The notes beneath the pieces were generated by a model. That model did not search any database. It was not told where the DNA came from and saw nothing but the letters and a program-made list of their open reading frames with translations. This document shows, piece after piece, positions 35,705 through 44,872 of a DNA stretch of 64,000 bases; the first letter of the stretch is position 1, and every line of letters starts with the position of its first letter. Made by a program: the position numbers and the translations under genes. This DNA comes from a virus (taxonomy: Duplodnaviria; Caudoviricetes), in IMG/VR virus record IMGVR_UViG_3300045958_000007, positions 8,929-72,928 of that record, one strand, 5' to 3'.

Positions 35705-35975
35705 GCTGGTCCCTGACGTCGATCCCCTCCTGGTTACGAAACAGGTATGGGTGGTCCAGGTCGCGCTCGACTTCGTGCGCCAGATCCATCCGCAAACCGT
35801 AGCGCGGATGCCGTGGTGGGATCGGGCGATGGCGCGGATCTGGATCGAGCGCGCAATCTCCTACTCGCCGGCTCCGGGCTCGGTGCCGGAGCTGGAGCCG
35901 CTGATCGCGGCGCTCGAAGTATTGGACGGGGCGGATCGGGGAGTAGCGGCGGAGGCGGGAAGTGCCCGCGGCTGA
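35691..35975 (+). CDS. Hypothetical protein
   Basis: Start MAASKLVP overlapping the upstream gene end. Confidence 0.5.
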   Translation: MAASKLVPDVDPLLVTKQVWVVQVALDFVRQIHPQTVARMPWWDRAMARIWIERAISYSPAPGSVPELEPLIAALEVLDGADRGVAAEAGSARG

Positions 35976-35980
35976 GAGAG

Positions 35981-36013
35981 TAATTTTATTACCCCGGCCG
36001 GGTAATAAAATTA
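35981..36013. repeat. AT-rich perfect inverted repeat between convergent genes
   Basis: TAATTTTATTACCC-CGGCC-GGGTAATAAAATTA (14 bp arms). Confidence 0.9.
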
Positions 36014-36051
36014 CCGCCGCCCGCCGCGGGCAGGCGTGCAAGGGGTCGATT

Positions 36052-36660
36052 TTAGACGGCGTGCATGGCTTGCACGGCCGCCGGAACAACCTTTTGCGCG
36101 GACCCGCGGAGCGCCGCCAGGTCCTCCGGGAAAATGCGCCAGCTCGACCCGGGGCGGGCGCGCTTCTCGCCGTCGCGCCGGATCGGGGCGTCCTGGATCG
36201 CCGGCAGTACCCCGGCGTGGATCATGCGCAGGATGGTCGCCGGGGCGAGCCCGCGCGCCGCGGCGGCCTCGTCGACCGTCAGCGCCTTGGTGAGCACCGG
36301 GCCATTGGCCGCGGGCTTGTGCGCGAGCAGGGCGGCGAGCGCCGCAGTAACCAGTTCGCCGGCGGGCATGCTCTGCAGGGCCTGCACGGGCTCGACGTTC
36401 GCGCCATGCTCGCCATGCCCGGCATGCTCGCCATCGCCGGCCTGCGCGGCGGCGGCCTCCTCGGGGTGGTCCCGCTCGTACTTCACGCGCTCGACGTCGC
36501 CCGCGTGGATGCGCTTCACCATCTGGTTGGTGCTGGAGTCTATCTCCAGCTTCGTGCGCAGTTTGCCGCGCTCTGCCATGGCGAGCACGCTGCGCGGTTT
36601 AATGCCGAGGATCTCGGCGGCGGCTTCCTTGCTGATGTATTCGACTTGAGTAGCTTCCAC
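36052..36660 (-). CDS. Excisionase-like protein with two MerR-type HTH domains
   Basis: YISKEAAAEILGIKPRSV and LTVDEAAAARGLAPATILRMIHAGVLPA...WRI. Confidence 0.75.
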   Translation of the reverse strand: MEATQVEYISKEAAAEILGIKPRSVLAMAERGKLRTKLEIDSSTNQMVKRIHAGDVERVKYERDHPEEAAAAQAGDGEHAGHGEHGANVEPVQALQSMPAGELVTAALAALLAHKPAANGPVLTKALTVDEAAAARGLAPATILRMIHAGVLPAIQDAPIRRDGEKRARPGSSWRIFPEDLAALRGSAQKVVPAAVQAMHAV

Positions 36661-36773
36661 TGTTTTGGTCTCCGTGTGGTGCCGCTACACCTGCTGTGGT
36701 GTGCATGCACTCCTTGCAGACCTTACCATCGACACCCGCTGTTACTCCAGATAAATCGAGAGGAGAGATCGCA

Positions 36774-37010
36774 GTGACGTACACACGGCAGGGGGATCGC
36801 GTCACCCTCGAAATGTCGCGCGACGATTTTGACCGGCTGACTCTAATGCTCGGGTTTGCGCTGGGCGGCGCACTCCGAGACAGCGATCGCCGTCAGTTTT
36901 ATGCCTGGCTTGCGTTTGTAAACGAGCTCAACGCGACGAACCCTGATTTCACGCCGTATGAGATCCCGGAAGAGTTTCGGTCCGCCCAACAACCGGAGGA
37001 GCGGCCGTAA
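36774..37010 (+). CDS. Hypothetical protein
   Basis: GTG start after AGGAG. Confidence 0.6.
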   Translation: MTYTRQGDRVTLEMSRDDFDRLTLMLGFALGGALRDSDRRQFYAWLAFVNELNATNPDFTPYEIPEEFRSAQQPEERP

Positions 37011-37339
37011 TGCTCGCCAGATTGCAGTACGCCGAGGGCGGCCCGTCGCTCGAAGTCAGTTTGGTCTACGTCTGGGACCGGGAGACCATGCTCCCGCGTC
37101 TGATGTCCAACTCAAACGGGGAGAAGGACGCCATGCGGAACGACGTATGGGCGCTGCTCGACCGCGAGCCCGCGGTTGATCGCGTGGTGCTGGTGCGGTC
37201 GGGCCTCACCGTATTCTTCCTGATGCGCCGGCGTGGCTCCTGGTTCGACGTCACGGGTAGAGCCGTGGTGATCCGCATGGCCCCGCGGAGCGAAGCCGCA
37301 GCCGGCGGCGCGGCGGCGCGAGCCAGGGAGGCGGTATGA
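37010..37339 (+). CDS. Hypothetical protein
   Basis: TAATG coupling. Confidence 0.55.
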   Translation: MLARLQYAEGGPSLEVSLVYVWDRETMLPRLMSNSNGEKDAMRNDVWALLDREPAVDRVVLVRSGLTVFFLMRRRGSWFDVTGRAVVIRMAPRSEAAAGGAAARAREAV

Positions 37340-37469
37340 AGGACCGCGAACCGATACCGTGTCGGTGCCGCCGATGCGGGTCTCGCCGGGTATTCCAGAG
37401 CGCAGTGTGGACGTGGCGCTGTGCCGCGTGTGGGGCGGCCAATTACCGTAGAAAGCTGCGGAAGTACGT

Positions 37470-37841
37470 ATGAAGATCGCGGGCATGAAGTTCCTCACCG
37501 GCGCCCGGCTGCTGTGGCGCGAACTCGACTGGCGGAAGCAGCTCGTCATCGAAGCCCTCGCCGTCATGTGGGCCAACGTCGCGTGGGTCGATGGCCTACA
37601 CCTCTGGCAGATGATCTCGAAGACCCGCGCGGCCGAGCTGGGCTTTTGCGGGGGCACGCTGGCCGGGCTGCTCCTCATGACCGCGTGGTATTGGCGCCGC
37701 CTGCGGCCTCGGATTCTCGCTGAACTGGTGGAGGCCTCATCAGGGCTGGCGAGCCGTGCAAGCCGTGCAGAATCGACACCATCGACGCCTTGCGCGGTCC
37801 GGCGGGGCGGTTTCGGGGCGAGGGGGCGGCGGGGGCGGTGA
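37470..37841 (+). CDS. Small membrane protein
   Basis: Two hydrophobic segments. Confidence 0.55.
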   Translation: MKIAGMKFLTGARLLWRELDWRKQLVIEALAVMWANVAWVDGLHLWQMISKTRAAELGFCGGTLAGLLLMTAWYWRRLRPRILAELVEASSGLASRASRAESTPSTPCAVRRGGFGARGRRGR

Positions 37842-38118
37842 GCATCAACGATCAGATCCGGGAGCTCCGGGCGGCCGGCTTCCGCCCGGTGCGCCGTACC
37901 GTCTGGCTGGCGCCGTGGGGCGGCACCTTCCTTACCCCGCACGGGGCGTGGGATTCGATGCAGGCCAACCGGGAGCGCGCAGACCGTGCAAGGGCTGCAA
38001 AATCGACGGCATGCAAAGCCTGCGCGGCCGGGTCAACTTCCGATACGTTTCCATTATCGGAAGTCAGAAATGCCCCCCATCCCGGGAACCCTCCCGGTAA
38101 CGTAGAGGAGAATCCGAT

Positions 38119-38667
38119 ATGCCGGTAGCGGCTACCTGGGCGCGCCGTATCGCGCAGATTCGCAAGGAGGTCGAGGCCTATTCCGTGGACCTTTCTCGCC
38201 GCGACGTGGAACGGATTTTCCGCGTGGGCGAGACGCAGGCGCTTGGGATCATGAGCGCGGCGGGAGGACGATTATCGGAAGTCCGCGGGAAGATACTGGT
38301 GTCCCCCGAATCGCTCCTGGCCTACCTGAAGTACGGGCGGGCGGGGCAGGAGGCGGAGCGCGAGGCGGCGCGGCAGCAAAAGGTCGCGCAGCAAGTCGCC
38401 GAGATGGATGCGCGCCACCAGGAGGAGCCCCCGCTACTGGTTACAACCGTTCCGCGGCCGGTTGCCCGCGAGATCGACCGCGGGGGCCTAGAGCACCCGC
38501 CTGCCGGCATTACGATCGAGCCGGGCCGGATCGAGATCCGGTTCGACGGGGCCGTCGACGCACTCGACAAACTGAAGCGGCTGGCACTCCTGATCGCGCT
38601 GCATGAGGCGGAATTTGCCAAGTGGGCGGATGAGCAAGCCGAAGCGGGAAAGAGGAGGGCAGGGTAA
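38119..38667 (+). CDS. Hypothetical DNA-binding-like protein
   Basis: GGAG ribosome-binding site; LSRRDVERIFRVGETQA HTH-like segment. Confidence 0.65.
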   Translation: MPVAATWARRIAQIRKEVEAYSVDLSRRDVERIFRVGETQALGIMSAAGGRLSEVRGKILVSPESLLAYLKYGRAGQEAEREAARQQKVAQQVAEMDARHQEEPPLLVTTVPRPVAREIDRGGLEHPPAGITIEPGRIEIRFDGAVDALDKLKRLALLIALHEAEFAKWADEQAEAGKRRAG

Positions 38668-38668
38668 G

Positions 38669-39019
38669 GTGACTCCGGAACGCTCAGTTGCCTCGCGGGC
38701 TTCCTTTCGCGTGGCCCAGTTGGTCGCCGCGGCGTGGGAGGCCGCCAAGCGCGCGAGCGACCCGATCTCGGCAAGCGGCGTCTACCAGCACGAGCTCCTG
38801 CAGGCCTTCAACCAGTCCGAGGTGCGGGCTGGCTACTGGGATGCGCTGGTGGCGAACGAGTGGAACCTGATTCACTGCCCGGCAATCGAGGACGGCAGCC
38901 GATGGTGGGTCGTCAAAGTCGAAGCGACGGGAGAGGATCACATCGTCGGCCGCGGCAAGACCCCCGGGGAAGCGATGGATGCCGCTATGGCGAGGCCGGA
39001 ATGGAGGCAGGAAGGATGA
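38669..39019 (+). CDS. Hypothetical protein ending PEWRQEG
   Basis: GTG start just after the upstream stop. Confidence 0.55.
   Translation: MTPERSVASRASFRVAQLVAAAWEAAKRASDPISASGVYQHELLQAFNQSEVRAGYWDALVANEWNLIHCPAIEDGSRWWVVKVEATGEDHIVGRGKTPGEAMDAAMARPEWRQEG
38996..39019 (+). repeat. 24 bp direct repeat, copy 1
   Basis: CCGGAATGGAGGCAGGAAGGATGA identical to 39649..39672. Confidence 0.9.
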
Positions 39020-39672
39020 CCGGCTACGCTTCCAATACCCGTACCCGCCGTAACCTTGACGCGCTCCGCCGCGCGAGTTGGCGAATTCTTTTGACGCCCG
39101 ACAACCCGACCCCGCCGGATGATCTGCTCTTCGGCATCGACAACGGCGCATGGACGGCCCACCGCCAGAACCAGCCATTCGACGAGGCCGCGTTCGGCAG
39201 GCTTGTAGAGCGCCGCGGATCGTTCGCTGATTTTGTGGTGATACCCGACATCGTAGCGGGCGGGATGCGGAGTCTCGAATTCTCCGTCGCGTGGTTGCCT
39301 CGGCTGCGCGGCGTTCGCCGGCTGCTCCTACCCGTTCAGAACGGCATGAGCGTCGAGGAAGTTTCAGCGGTCCTTCGGGACTGGTCAGGCGTGGGGCTTT
39401 TCCTGGGTGGCGACACCGAATGGAAGCTCGCCACGATGTATCAGTGGGGGATGCTGGCCTGCGCGGCGCGCCGGTACTACCACATCGGGAGGGTCAACAC
39501 GGCACGGCGGATCAGGCTTGCGGCTGAGGCCGGAGCAGATTCGTTTGACGGCACGAGCGCCACCATGTTTTCCTGCACGGTCCCGCTGCTTCAGGCTGCT
39601 AGATCGCAGCCGAGCCTATTGGTTCCGTCGATGGCTCTGGGAGCAGCCCCGGAATGGAGGCAGGAAGGATGA
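39016..39672 (+). CDS. TGT/DpdA-like (guanine transglycosylase-like) protein
   Basis: IDNGAW, VIPDIVAGG, PVQNG, FLGG, HIGRVN and DSFDGTS motifs. Confidence 0.65.
   Translation: MTGYASNTRTRRNLDALRRASWRILLTPDNPTPPDDLLFGIDNGAWTAHRQNQPFDEAAFGRLVERRGSFADFVVIPDIVAGGMRSLEFSVAWLPRLRGVRRLLLPVQNGMSVEEVSAVLRDWSGVGLFLGGDTEWKLATMYQWGMLACAARRYYHIGRVNTARRIRLAAEAGADSFDGTSATMFSCTVPLLQAARSQPSLLVPSMALGAAPEWRQEG
39649..39672 (+). repeat. 24 bp direct repeat, copy 2
   Basis: Identical to 38996..39019. Confidence 0.9.
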
Positions 39673-39917
39673 GCGCGATACCCGTGCTGCGCGACGAGCG
39701 CGAGATTCAACGTGCGCACGACATCCTGGAGGCAGTCGTCCGGGGCGAGGTGAACGTGTCCGTTGATGACGAGAGCCGTGCGCACATATTCGGCGCCCTG
39801 GACGTGCTGTGCTGGGTCCTGCACCATGACCACAACCACACCTTCCCCTCCAATCTGGCCCGAATCGAGCGCGCGATGGAGAGGGCCGGCTACGTGCTGC
39901 GGGAGCGACTCCAGTGA
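39669..39917 (+). CDS. Hypothetical protein
   Basis: ATGA coupling inside the repeat. Confidence 0.6.
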   Translation: MSAIPVLRDEREIQRAHDILEAVVRGEVNVSVDDESRAHIFGALDVLCWVLHHDHNHTFPSNLARIERAMERAGYVLRERLQ

Positions 39918-40207
39918 CGGCGACCGAGCCCACTCCAGCACCGCGCAGCGTTTCCTTTATTCCGCAGTGGAGGATGGTGAAGCGCGGCCACGTATGGCAT
40001 TGTCGGAACCTGCTGGATCAAACGCATGCCGTGGTGGGCTTCGTGCGCTTCAGCTACGACGGGTGGGACGGCTACGTGATGACGGGAAAGAAGTGGCCGG
40101 ATGCCGAACGCTGGATCGATAACCGCGGCGGCCGTAAATTCTGGGAGGCGCGGCGGGCGGTCGAGCACGCGATCCGGAGAGAACGACAGGAGGAGGGGAT
40201 CATTTGA
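39914..40207 (+). CDS. Hypothetical Trp-rich protein
   Basis: GTGA coupling. Confidence 0.5.
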   Translation: MTATEPTPAPRSVSFIPQWRMVKRGHVWHCRNLLDQTHAVVGFVRFSYDGWDGYVMTGKKWPDAERWIDNRGGRKFWEARRAVEHAIRRERQEEGII

Positions 40208-40497
40208 TGCCACGGAAGCCAGGGCCGCCGCTCGGCGGGGAGGTGAACCCGGAGCAGGGAGTGCTCGCGGAGGTGCGGGAGCATTGGTACAAGATAGCCG
40301 GCATCCTGCTCTACAAGCTGAACAAGGCGCAGGGGCGCGGCGTCTCTGAGGAGGTCGACATCACCATCGACGACCTGCAGCGGTTCGCGCGGCTGTTCGG
40401 CGATGAAATGCCGGCGGTGGTGTACTACCCGAGCGACGACGTGATCCGGCTGTGGCTGTTGCCGGAGTCCGAAGCGCGCAAGAAAGCGAGGCAGTGA
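40207..40497 (+). CDS. Hypothetical protein
   Basis: TGATG coupling. Confidence 0.6.
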   Translation: MPRKPGPPLGGEVNPEQGVLAEVREHWYKIAGILLYKLNKAQGRGVSEEVDITIDDLQRFARLFGDEMPAVVYYPSDDVIRLWLLPESEARKKARQ

Positions 40498-40498
40498 G

Positions 40499-40792
40499 GT
40501 GAGCAACCCCAACATCCAGGTGGAAGTCACCGACATGCGGGAGATCCACTGTTTCCGGCTGGTCTTGAACGCCGCGGCCTCGGCCGATGATCCCGAGCGG
40601 CGCCCAATCGAGATCATGCTACGCGCCACCGACCTGGTGGACCTGATTCACAAATGCTCCGAGGCGCTCTGCGACTGGCAGGCGCAGACGTCCCGGTATT
40701 TGCTGGACAGGTATAGGCAGGTACTGACCAACGACGACAGGGCACCGGCAAACGCCCAGCCGAGTCCGTCGACGACGGGGGGACAGGACTGA
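40499..40792 (+). CDS. Hypothetical protein
   Basis: Operon position. Confidence 0.55.
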   Translation: MSNPNIQVEVTDMREIHCFRLVLNAAASADDPERRPIEIMLRATDLVDLIHKCSEALCDWQAQTSRYLLDRYRQVLTNDDRAPANAQPSPSTTGGQD

Positions 40793-40793
40793 G

Positions 40794-42134
40794 GTGCGCG
40801 CGCTCCTCCTCCATCTCGACGGCAAGCTGCCGAATCTCGCTTTGATGCGGATTGCCGCGCATCATCGCTCGCTTGGCGACGACGTGGAACTGCGGCGGCC
40901 CCAAAACCCCAGGATGATCGAGCGCGGGCTCTGGGATGCTCCGGACCGGGTATATGCAAGCCTAGTTTTCCGACGAACGATCCCCCTGGCGTTGCGGTTG
41001 AAAGAGGTTTACCCCGACGCGATTCTGGGCGGAACGGGTTGGGACCGGCGCGTCAGGCTGGAGCAAGTGGGTATCGAGACACCGAATCTCGACTACAGCG
41101 TTTATCCGGGCTATGCGCACTCGATCGGGTTTACGCAACGCGGGTGCCGGATGAGCTGCGAGTTCTGCGTTGTGCCGGCCAAAGAGGGAAGGCCACGCCC
41201 GGAAACATCAGTCCGGAAGATCTGGCGTGGAGAGCCGTGGCCGCGGCACCTTCTGTTGCTCGATAACGATTTCGGTGGCCTGCCTGGCTGGCGCGAGAAC
41301 GCCCGTCAGATTATCGAGGGCGAGTTCAAGGTGTGCTTTTGCCAAGGCATCAACGCGCGGCTGCTAAATGAAGAACTGGCCGAGGCGCTGGGCGCGATGA
41401 AATGCACCGATGACGACTTCAAGGAGCGGCGCATCTACACCGCCTGGGACAGCCGCCGCGATGAGAAGATCCTTTTCCGTGGGCTCAACTGGCTGGTGGC
41501 CGCGGGTTTCCGTCCCGACGACATCATGGTCTACATGCTCATCGGCTACTGGCCGAACGAGACCGTTGAAGATTGGGAATACCGCCGGGGCAGGCTTCGG
41601 GATTTCGGATGCAGGCCCTTCCCGATGGCTTATATTGACAGCACCACCACGCCCGATGAGGCGAAGCTGCGCCACGGCTTCCAGCGGTGGGTGATTCGGC
41701 GCGACGACCTGAAAATGTCATGGGCTGAGTTCATGGGTGCCGGCTTCCGGCCGGAGAAGGTGAGACGGTGCGCCGAGTTACCGATTTTGGAAGTGCCAAT
41801 GACGGGTGAGCGCGTGAGCCCTTACGGTCACCATTGGCGCACGGTGCTCAGGCCCGAGACTCTCGCCCGGGACTGCTACGAGTGCGTCCGCTGCGGGGTC
41901 GGCGATCGCCCGCGGGGGCTGCGCACGGCGCTCGAGGTGGCGCACCTGGACGGCGACGTGACGAACAATGCCCCGGAGAACCGCGCTACGCTCTGCAATA
42001 CGTGCCACAAGGCGCACGACCATGAGGCCTGGTGGCCGAAGTTCCAGGCGTGGCTGCTCGCGGAGCGGGAGCGGAAGATCGACGCGGCCGACGCGCGGCG
42101 GCCGATTCTGGAGTACTTGAGGGAGGCGGTGTAG
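40794..42134 (+). CDS. Radical SAM protein fused in frame to an HNH nuclease domain
   Basis: PNLALMR N-terminus, RGCRMSCEFC triad; C-terminal CVRC...EVAHLDGDVTNNAPENRATLCNTCH. Confidence 0.8.
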   Translation: MRALLLHLDGKLPNLALMRIAAHHRSLGDDVELRRPQNPRMIERGLWDAPDRVYASLVFRRTIPLALRLKEVYPDAILGGTGWDRRVRLEQVGIETPNLDYSVYPGYAHSIGFTQRGCRMSCEFCVVPAKEGRPRPETSVRKIWRGEPWPRHLLLLDNDFGGLPGWRENARQIIEGEFKVCFCQGINARLLNEELAEALGAMKCTDDDFKERRIYTAWDSRRDEKILFRGLNWLVAAGFRPDDIMVYMLIGYWPNETVEDWEYRRGRLRDFGCRPFPMAYIDSTTTPDEAKLRHGFQRWVIRRDDLKMSWAEFMGAGFRPEKVRRCAELPILEVPMTGERVSPYGHHWRTVLRPETLARDCYECVRCGVGDRPRGLRTALEVAHLDGDVTNNAPENRATLCNTCHKAHDHEAWWPKFQAWLLAERERKIDAADARRPILEYLREAV

Positions 42135-42136
42135 GG

Positions 42137-42364
42137 GTGAGGAACGAGTTACTGGAAAGAGCCGCGGCAGTGATGCTCCAGCACGTCGGTACCGTTCTCT
42201 GCCCCAAGTGCAACGAGCCGGTGAAAATCTGGGCCGAGCCGGGCGAGAAGCTGATTCGCGCGGGGGCGCCGCGGTGCCCTGAGTGCAAGACGCAGCTCTA
42301 CGATCAGGCGCGGGAGTTGCTCGGCCCGGCGGCAGCGTCGCCCCCGGCACCGGCGGGGTCCTGA
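42137..42364 (+). CDS. Small Zn-ribbon protein
   Basis: CPKC...CPEC. Confidence 0.55.
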   Translation: MRNELLERAAAVMLQHVGTVLCPKCNEPVKIWAEPGEKLIRAGAPRCPECKTQLYDQARELLGPAAASPPAPAGS

Positions 42365-42569
42365 AGCTCCAGGCAGGCGCGCCAGACCCAGAGGATTAGC
42401 GCCAGCTCCGGGAAGAATACGCGAAGGCCGAGGTGCTCTCCGAGTTCGTCCGCCGGCATGACATAGCCGGGGCTCCCATCGGGTATCCCGAGGAACTTCC
42501 CATAGCCGTAGCGATCGACAAACCGGACCGTGGTGCCCGGGGGCAGTGGGGTGCGAATCAAACCCCTAC

Positions 42570-42845
42570 CTACCCCGCGGCCATGGCCTTCTTCTTCGCC
42601 GCTGCCCACCGCTTCCGCTGCGCGGCGGCGATGCGGGCGCGCCCCTCCGGGCTGATGCGCGAACGCTTGCGCCGCAGGGCAGGAGCAGCCACAACCCCGA
42701 CCATCTCGGACCCGTTGCGGGTTTGGACGCGGGCTCCGATCCGCCGCTTCAGTTCCGCTATCTTTCGGTTGATCGTGGCGAGTTCCAACTCGTAGCCGAG
42801 TAAGGCGGCATAGAGAAGGTCGTCGTTGCGCTCCGGAGTGGGCAT
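42570..42845 (-). CDS. Coiled-coil plus basic-tail protein (nucleoid-associated/silencer-like family common in Acidobacteria)
   Basis: AALLGYELELATINRKIAELKRR...ISPEGRARIAAAQRKRWA. Confidence 0.75.
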   Translation of the reverse strand: MPTPERNDDLLYAALLGYELELATINRKIAELKRRIGARVQTRNGSEMVGVVAAPALRRKRSRISPEGRARIAAAQRKRWAAAKKKAMAAG

Positions 42846-42917
42846 ACGGTCATCATACCGCCCGAGTGTGTGGATTCGAGCAGTACTGCGGATGGTTTCG
42901 CTCCTACAATCGATGCC

Positions 42918-43265
42918 ATGGCAGGAGAAGCTTTGACCATCCCGAGCGGGACGCGGACCGGCAACACGAACGCCCGCGGTTACCGCCTACAATGCGGCCG
43001 GGTGACCATTTCGGGCCCGACCTTTCAGGAAGTGCGCGAAGCCTGCGCCGAGATCGCGGGTGCGAGCGGCGGCGAGTGGGGAACGAATGCCAGAGGCTCG
43101 ATGACCGGGACCACCGGGAACACCGGGACCGGCAGCCGGCGCACGCTGACGGCCGCGCACCGGAAAAAGATCAGCCAGGCGCGGAAGCGCCAGACCGCGC
43201 AGACCGCGCAAACCCAGCAGGGGCAAGGCGCGCAGCCGGCCAAGACGCGGACCGCTGGCGCATAA
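42918..43265 (+). CDS. Small basic protein with NUMOD3-like tail
   Basis: TLTAAHRKKISQARKRQ; TACAAT 7 nt upstream of ATG. Confidence 0.55.
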   Translation: MAGEALTIPSGTRTGNTNARGYRLQCGRVTISGPTFQEVREACAEIAGASGGEWGTNARGSMTGTTGNTGTGSRRTLTAAHRKKISQARKRQTAQTAQTQQGQGAQPAKTRTAGA

Positions 43266-43319
43266 TAGAAAGCGCCTGCATGGCGAAATGACGGGGGCCG
43301 CGCTGGGAAGATGGGCACC

Positions 43320-43535
43320 TTACCCGCCGCCCCCGTCTCCGCGCTTCGGGTGACGGCGGCGCCACTCGGCGCGCGCGGCCTCGAGCTGCACTCGAAATGT
43401 CTCCCGGGTAGAGCCGTGGACCGCCATGTAGTGCGCGGCGCAGCCATAGCGGATAAGCTGCCGATCCGTCATGGCGGCGAGGCGCTCGCGAAGCGCGCCC
43501 AGGTCCAGGCCCTCCTCTCGCGTGAAGGCGTACAT
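43320..43535 (-). CDS. Conserved small hypothetical protein
   Basis: DLGALRERLAAMTDRQLIRYG...QLEAARAEWRRRHP. Confidence 0.65.
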   Translation of the reverse strand: MYAFTREEGLDLGALRERLAAMTDRQLIRYGCAAHYMAVHGSTRETFRVQLEAARAEWRRRHPKRGDGGGG

Positions 43536-43581
43536 AGCCGTGCCCCGGCTCCCACGATACGATAAGGGCAGGAGCCCGTGT

Positions 43582-43989
43582 TTGACCCGCCGTAAGCTGT
43601 TCTCTGCCCTCGTTGGCGCCCCCGCTGCAATACCCGCAAAACCGGCGCCGCCGCCCAAGTTCGCCGTGCGGGAGTCCGGGTTTTGCGTGTGCGGCGGAGC
43701 CATGATCGCGCACGGCAGTTCTCTCGAGGGGACGGAGTATTTCTCCTGCACCCGTCCGGACTGTCCGCAGTACGACGTACCCCTGAAGCCCCCACGCATG
43801 GAGACGGAGCGCGCCGATCCGCGCGTAGTGCAGCGGGTACGGGCCCGGGAAGCGGCGGGGCAGAGGCAGGCGGATCTCGACCGCCCGCACGGTCTCTATG
43901 ACTGGGTGCGCAGGCGTTACTGGCACGCGGCCAGGGGCGAGTGGGTGGATGCGGCCCCGTTCGACACCGCGAGGCGGCCAAAGGCGTGA
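43582..43989 (+). CDS. Cys-rich protein with twin-arginine-like leader
   Basis: TTG start after GGAG; TRRKLFSALVGAPAA; CVCGG...CTRPDC. Confidence 0.55.
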   Translation: MTRRKLFSALVGAPAAIPAKPAPPPKFAVRESGFCVCGGAMIAHGSSLEGTEYFSCTRPDCPQYDVPLKPPRMETERADPRVVQRVRAREAAGQRQADLDRPHGLYDWVRRRYWHAARGEWVDAAPFDTARRPKA

Positions 43990-44348
43990 AGGTCTACAAC
44001 CGCGCCGATTTCTTGACGCTGCCCGAGGGGGTGATCTTCTGCAGCGGCCCCCAATGGGCCTTCGGCAACCTCCGGGTGAAGGGCGAATCGCTCCTCCGGT
44101 CTAACGATTTCGTGTGCCTGGAGCTCCAGTGGATCGACTCGCGCGACAGCGGCGAGGCGGTGGACCGGCTGGATGCGATGCTCCAGGCGGGCGCGAGCTA
44201 CCCGATGAACGGCGACTACGGCCGCGACGGGTGCTTCGCCGACGAGGAGGTGTTCCTGGTGTGGGAGCGGGCCGACCTGGAGCGGCTCATGCAGTACTGC
44301 GAACGCGCGATTGAGGCGACCGCCGGGCGGCCGGTGGCCGGCGCTTGA
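43986..44348 (+). CDS. Hypothetical protein
   Basis: GTGA coupling; KVYNRADFLTLPEG start. Confidence 0.6.
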   Translation: MKVYNRADFLTLPEGVIFCSGPQWAFGNLRVKGESLLRSNDFVCLELQWIDSRDSGEAVDRLDAMLQAGASYPMNGDYGRDGCFADEEVFLVWERADLERLMQYCERAIEATAGRPVAGA

Positions 44349-44510
44349 TTTCCCTGCAACTACACCCCGACGACCGCATCGTGTGCGAGCGGTGCCTCCA
44401 GGAGCCGGCCGCCTGCGATTGTGAAGATGGGCCCGGAATCAGCCGCCGGTGGAAGCCGCTCGGAGAGGTGCTCGCGGCGAGGGACCGCGCCCGCGCGGCG
44501 AGGGAGAGCC

Positions 44511-44744
44511 ATGGCAAACCAGTTCATTCCGGTGGTGACGATTGCGCACGAGGTCTACCTGAGTGCGATCGCCAACGGGGCGACGCGGGCGAAGGCCCTG
44601 GACCTGGCTCGGAGGTTCGCCGGCTCTCACTGCCTGGCCCGCGGCGGAGCGCATAGGTTCTCCGACGACGAGATCCGGCTCGGGGTCTGCGATTGCGAGG
44701 GTTGCCGAGCCTCCCGCAGCCTCCCCGAAAGGCCCGCACCCTGA
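44511..44744 (+). CDS. Hypothetical protein
   Basis: GGAG ribosome-binding site, MANQFIPV start. Confidence 0.55.
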   Translation: MANQFIPVVTIAHEVYLSAIANGATRAKALDLARRFAGSHCLARGGAHRFSDDEIRLGVCDCEGCRASRSLPERPAP

Positions 44745-44872
44745 CCCCTCCCTGCGCCTGGCCGTTTCGTCCTGGGGCGTCCTGGAGCCCGAAAGGTGGC
44801 TAAATTTCGGCGAGAGGCAGGAAAATGGACGTTATGGCCGATTTCACGCGCGCTACTGGTGGGAGTCGAAGA

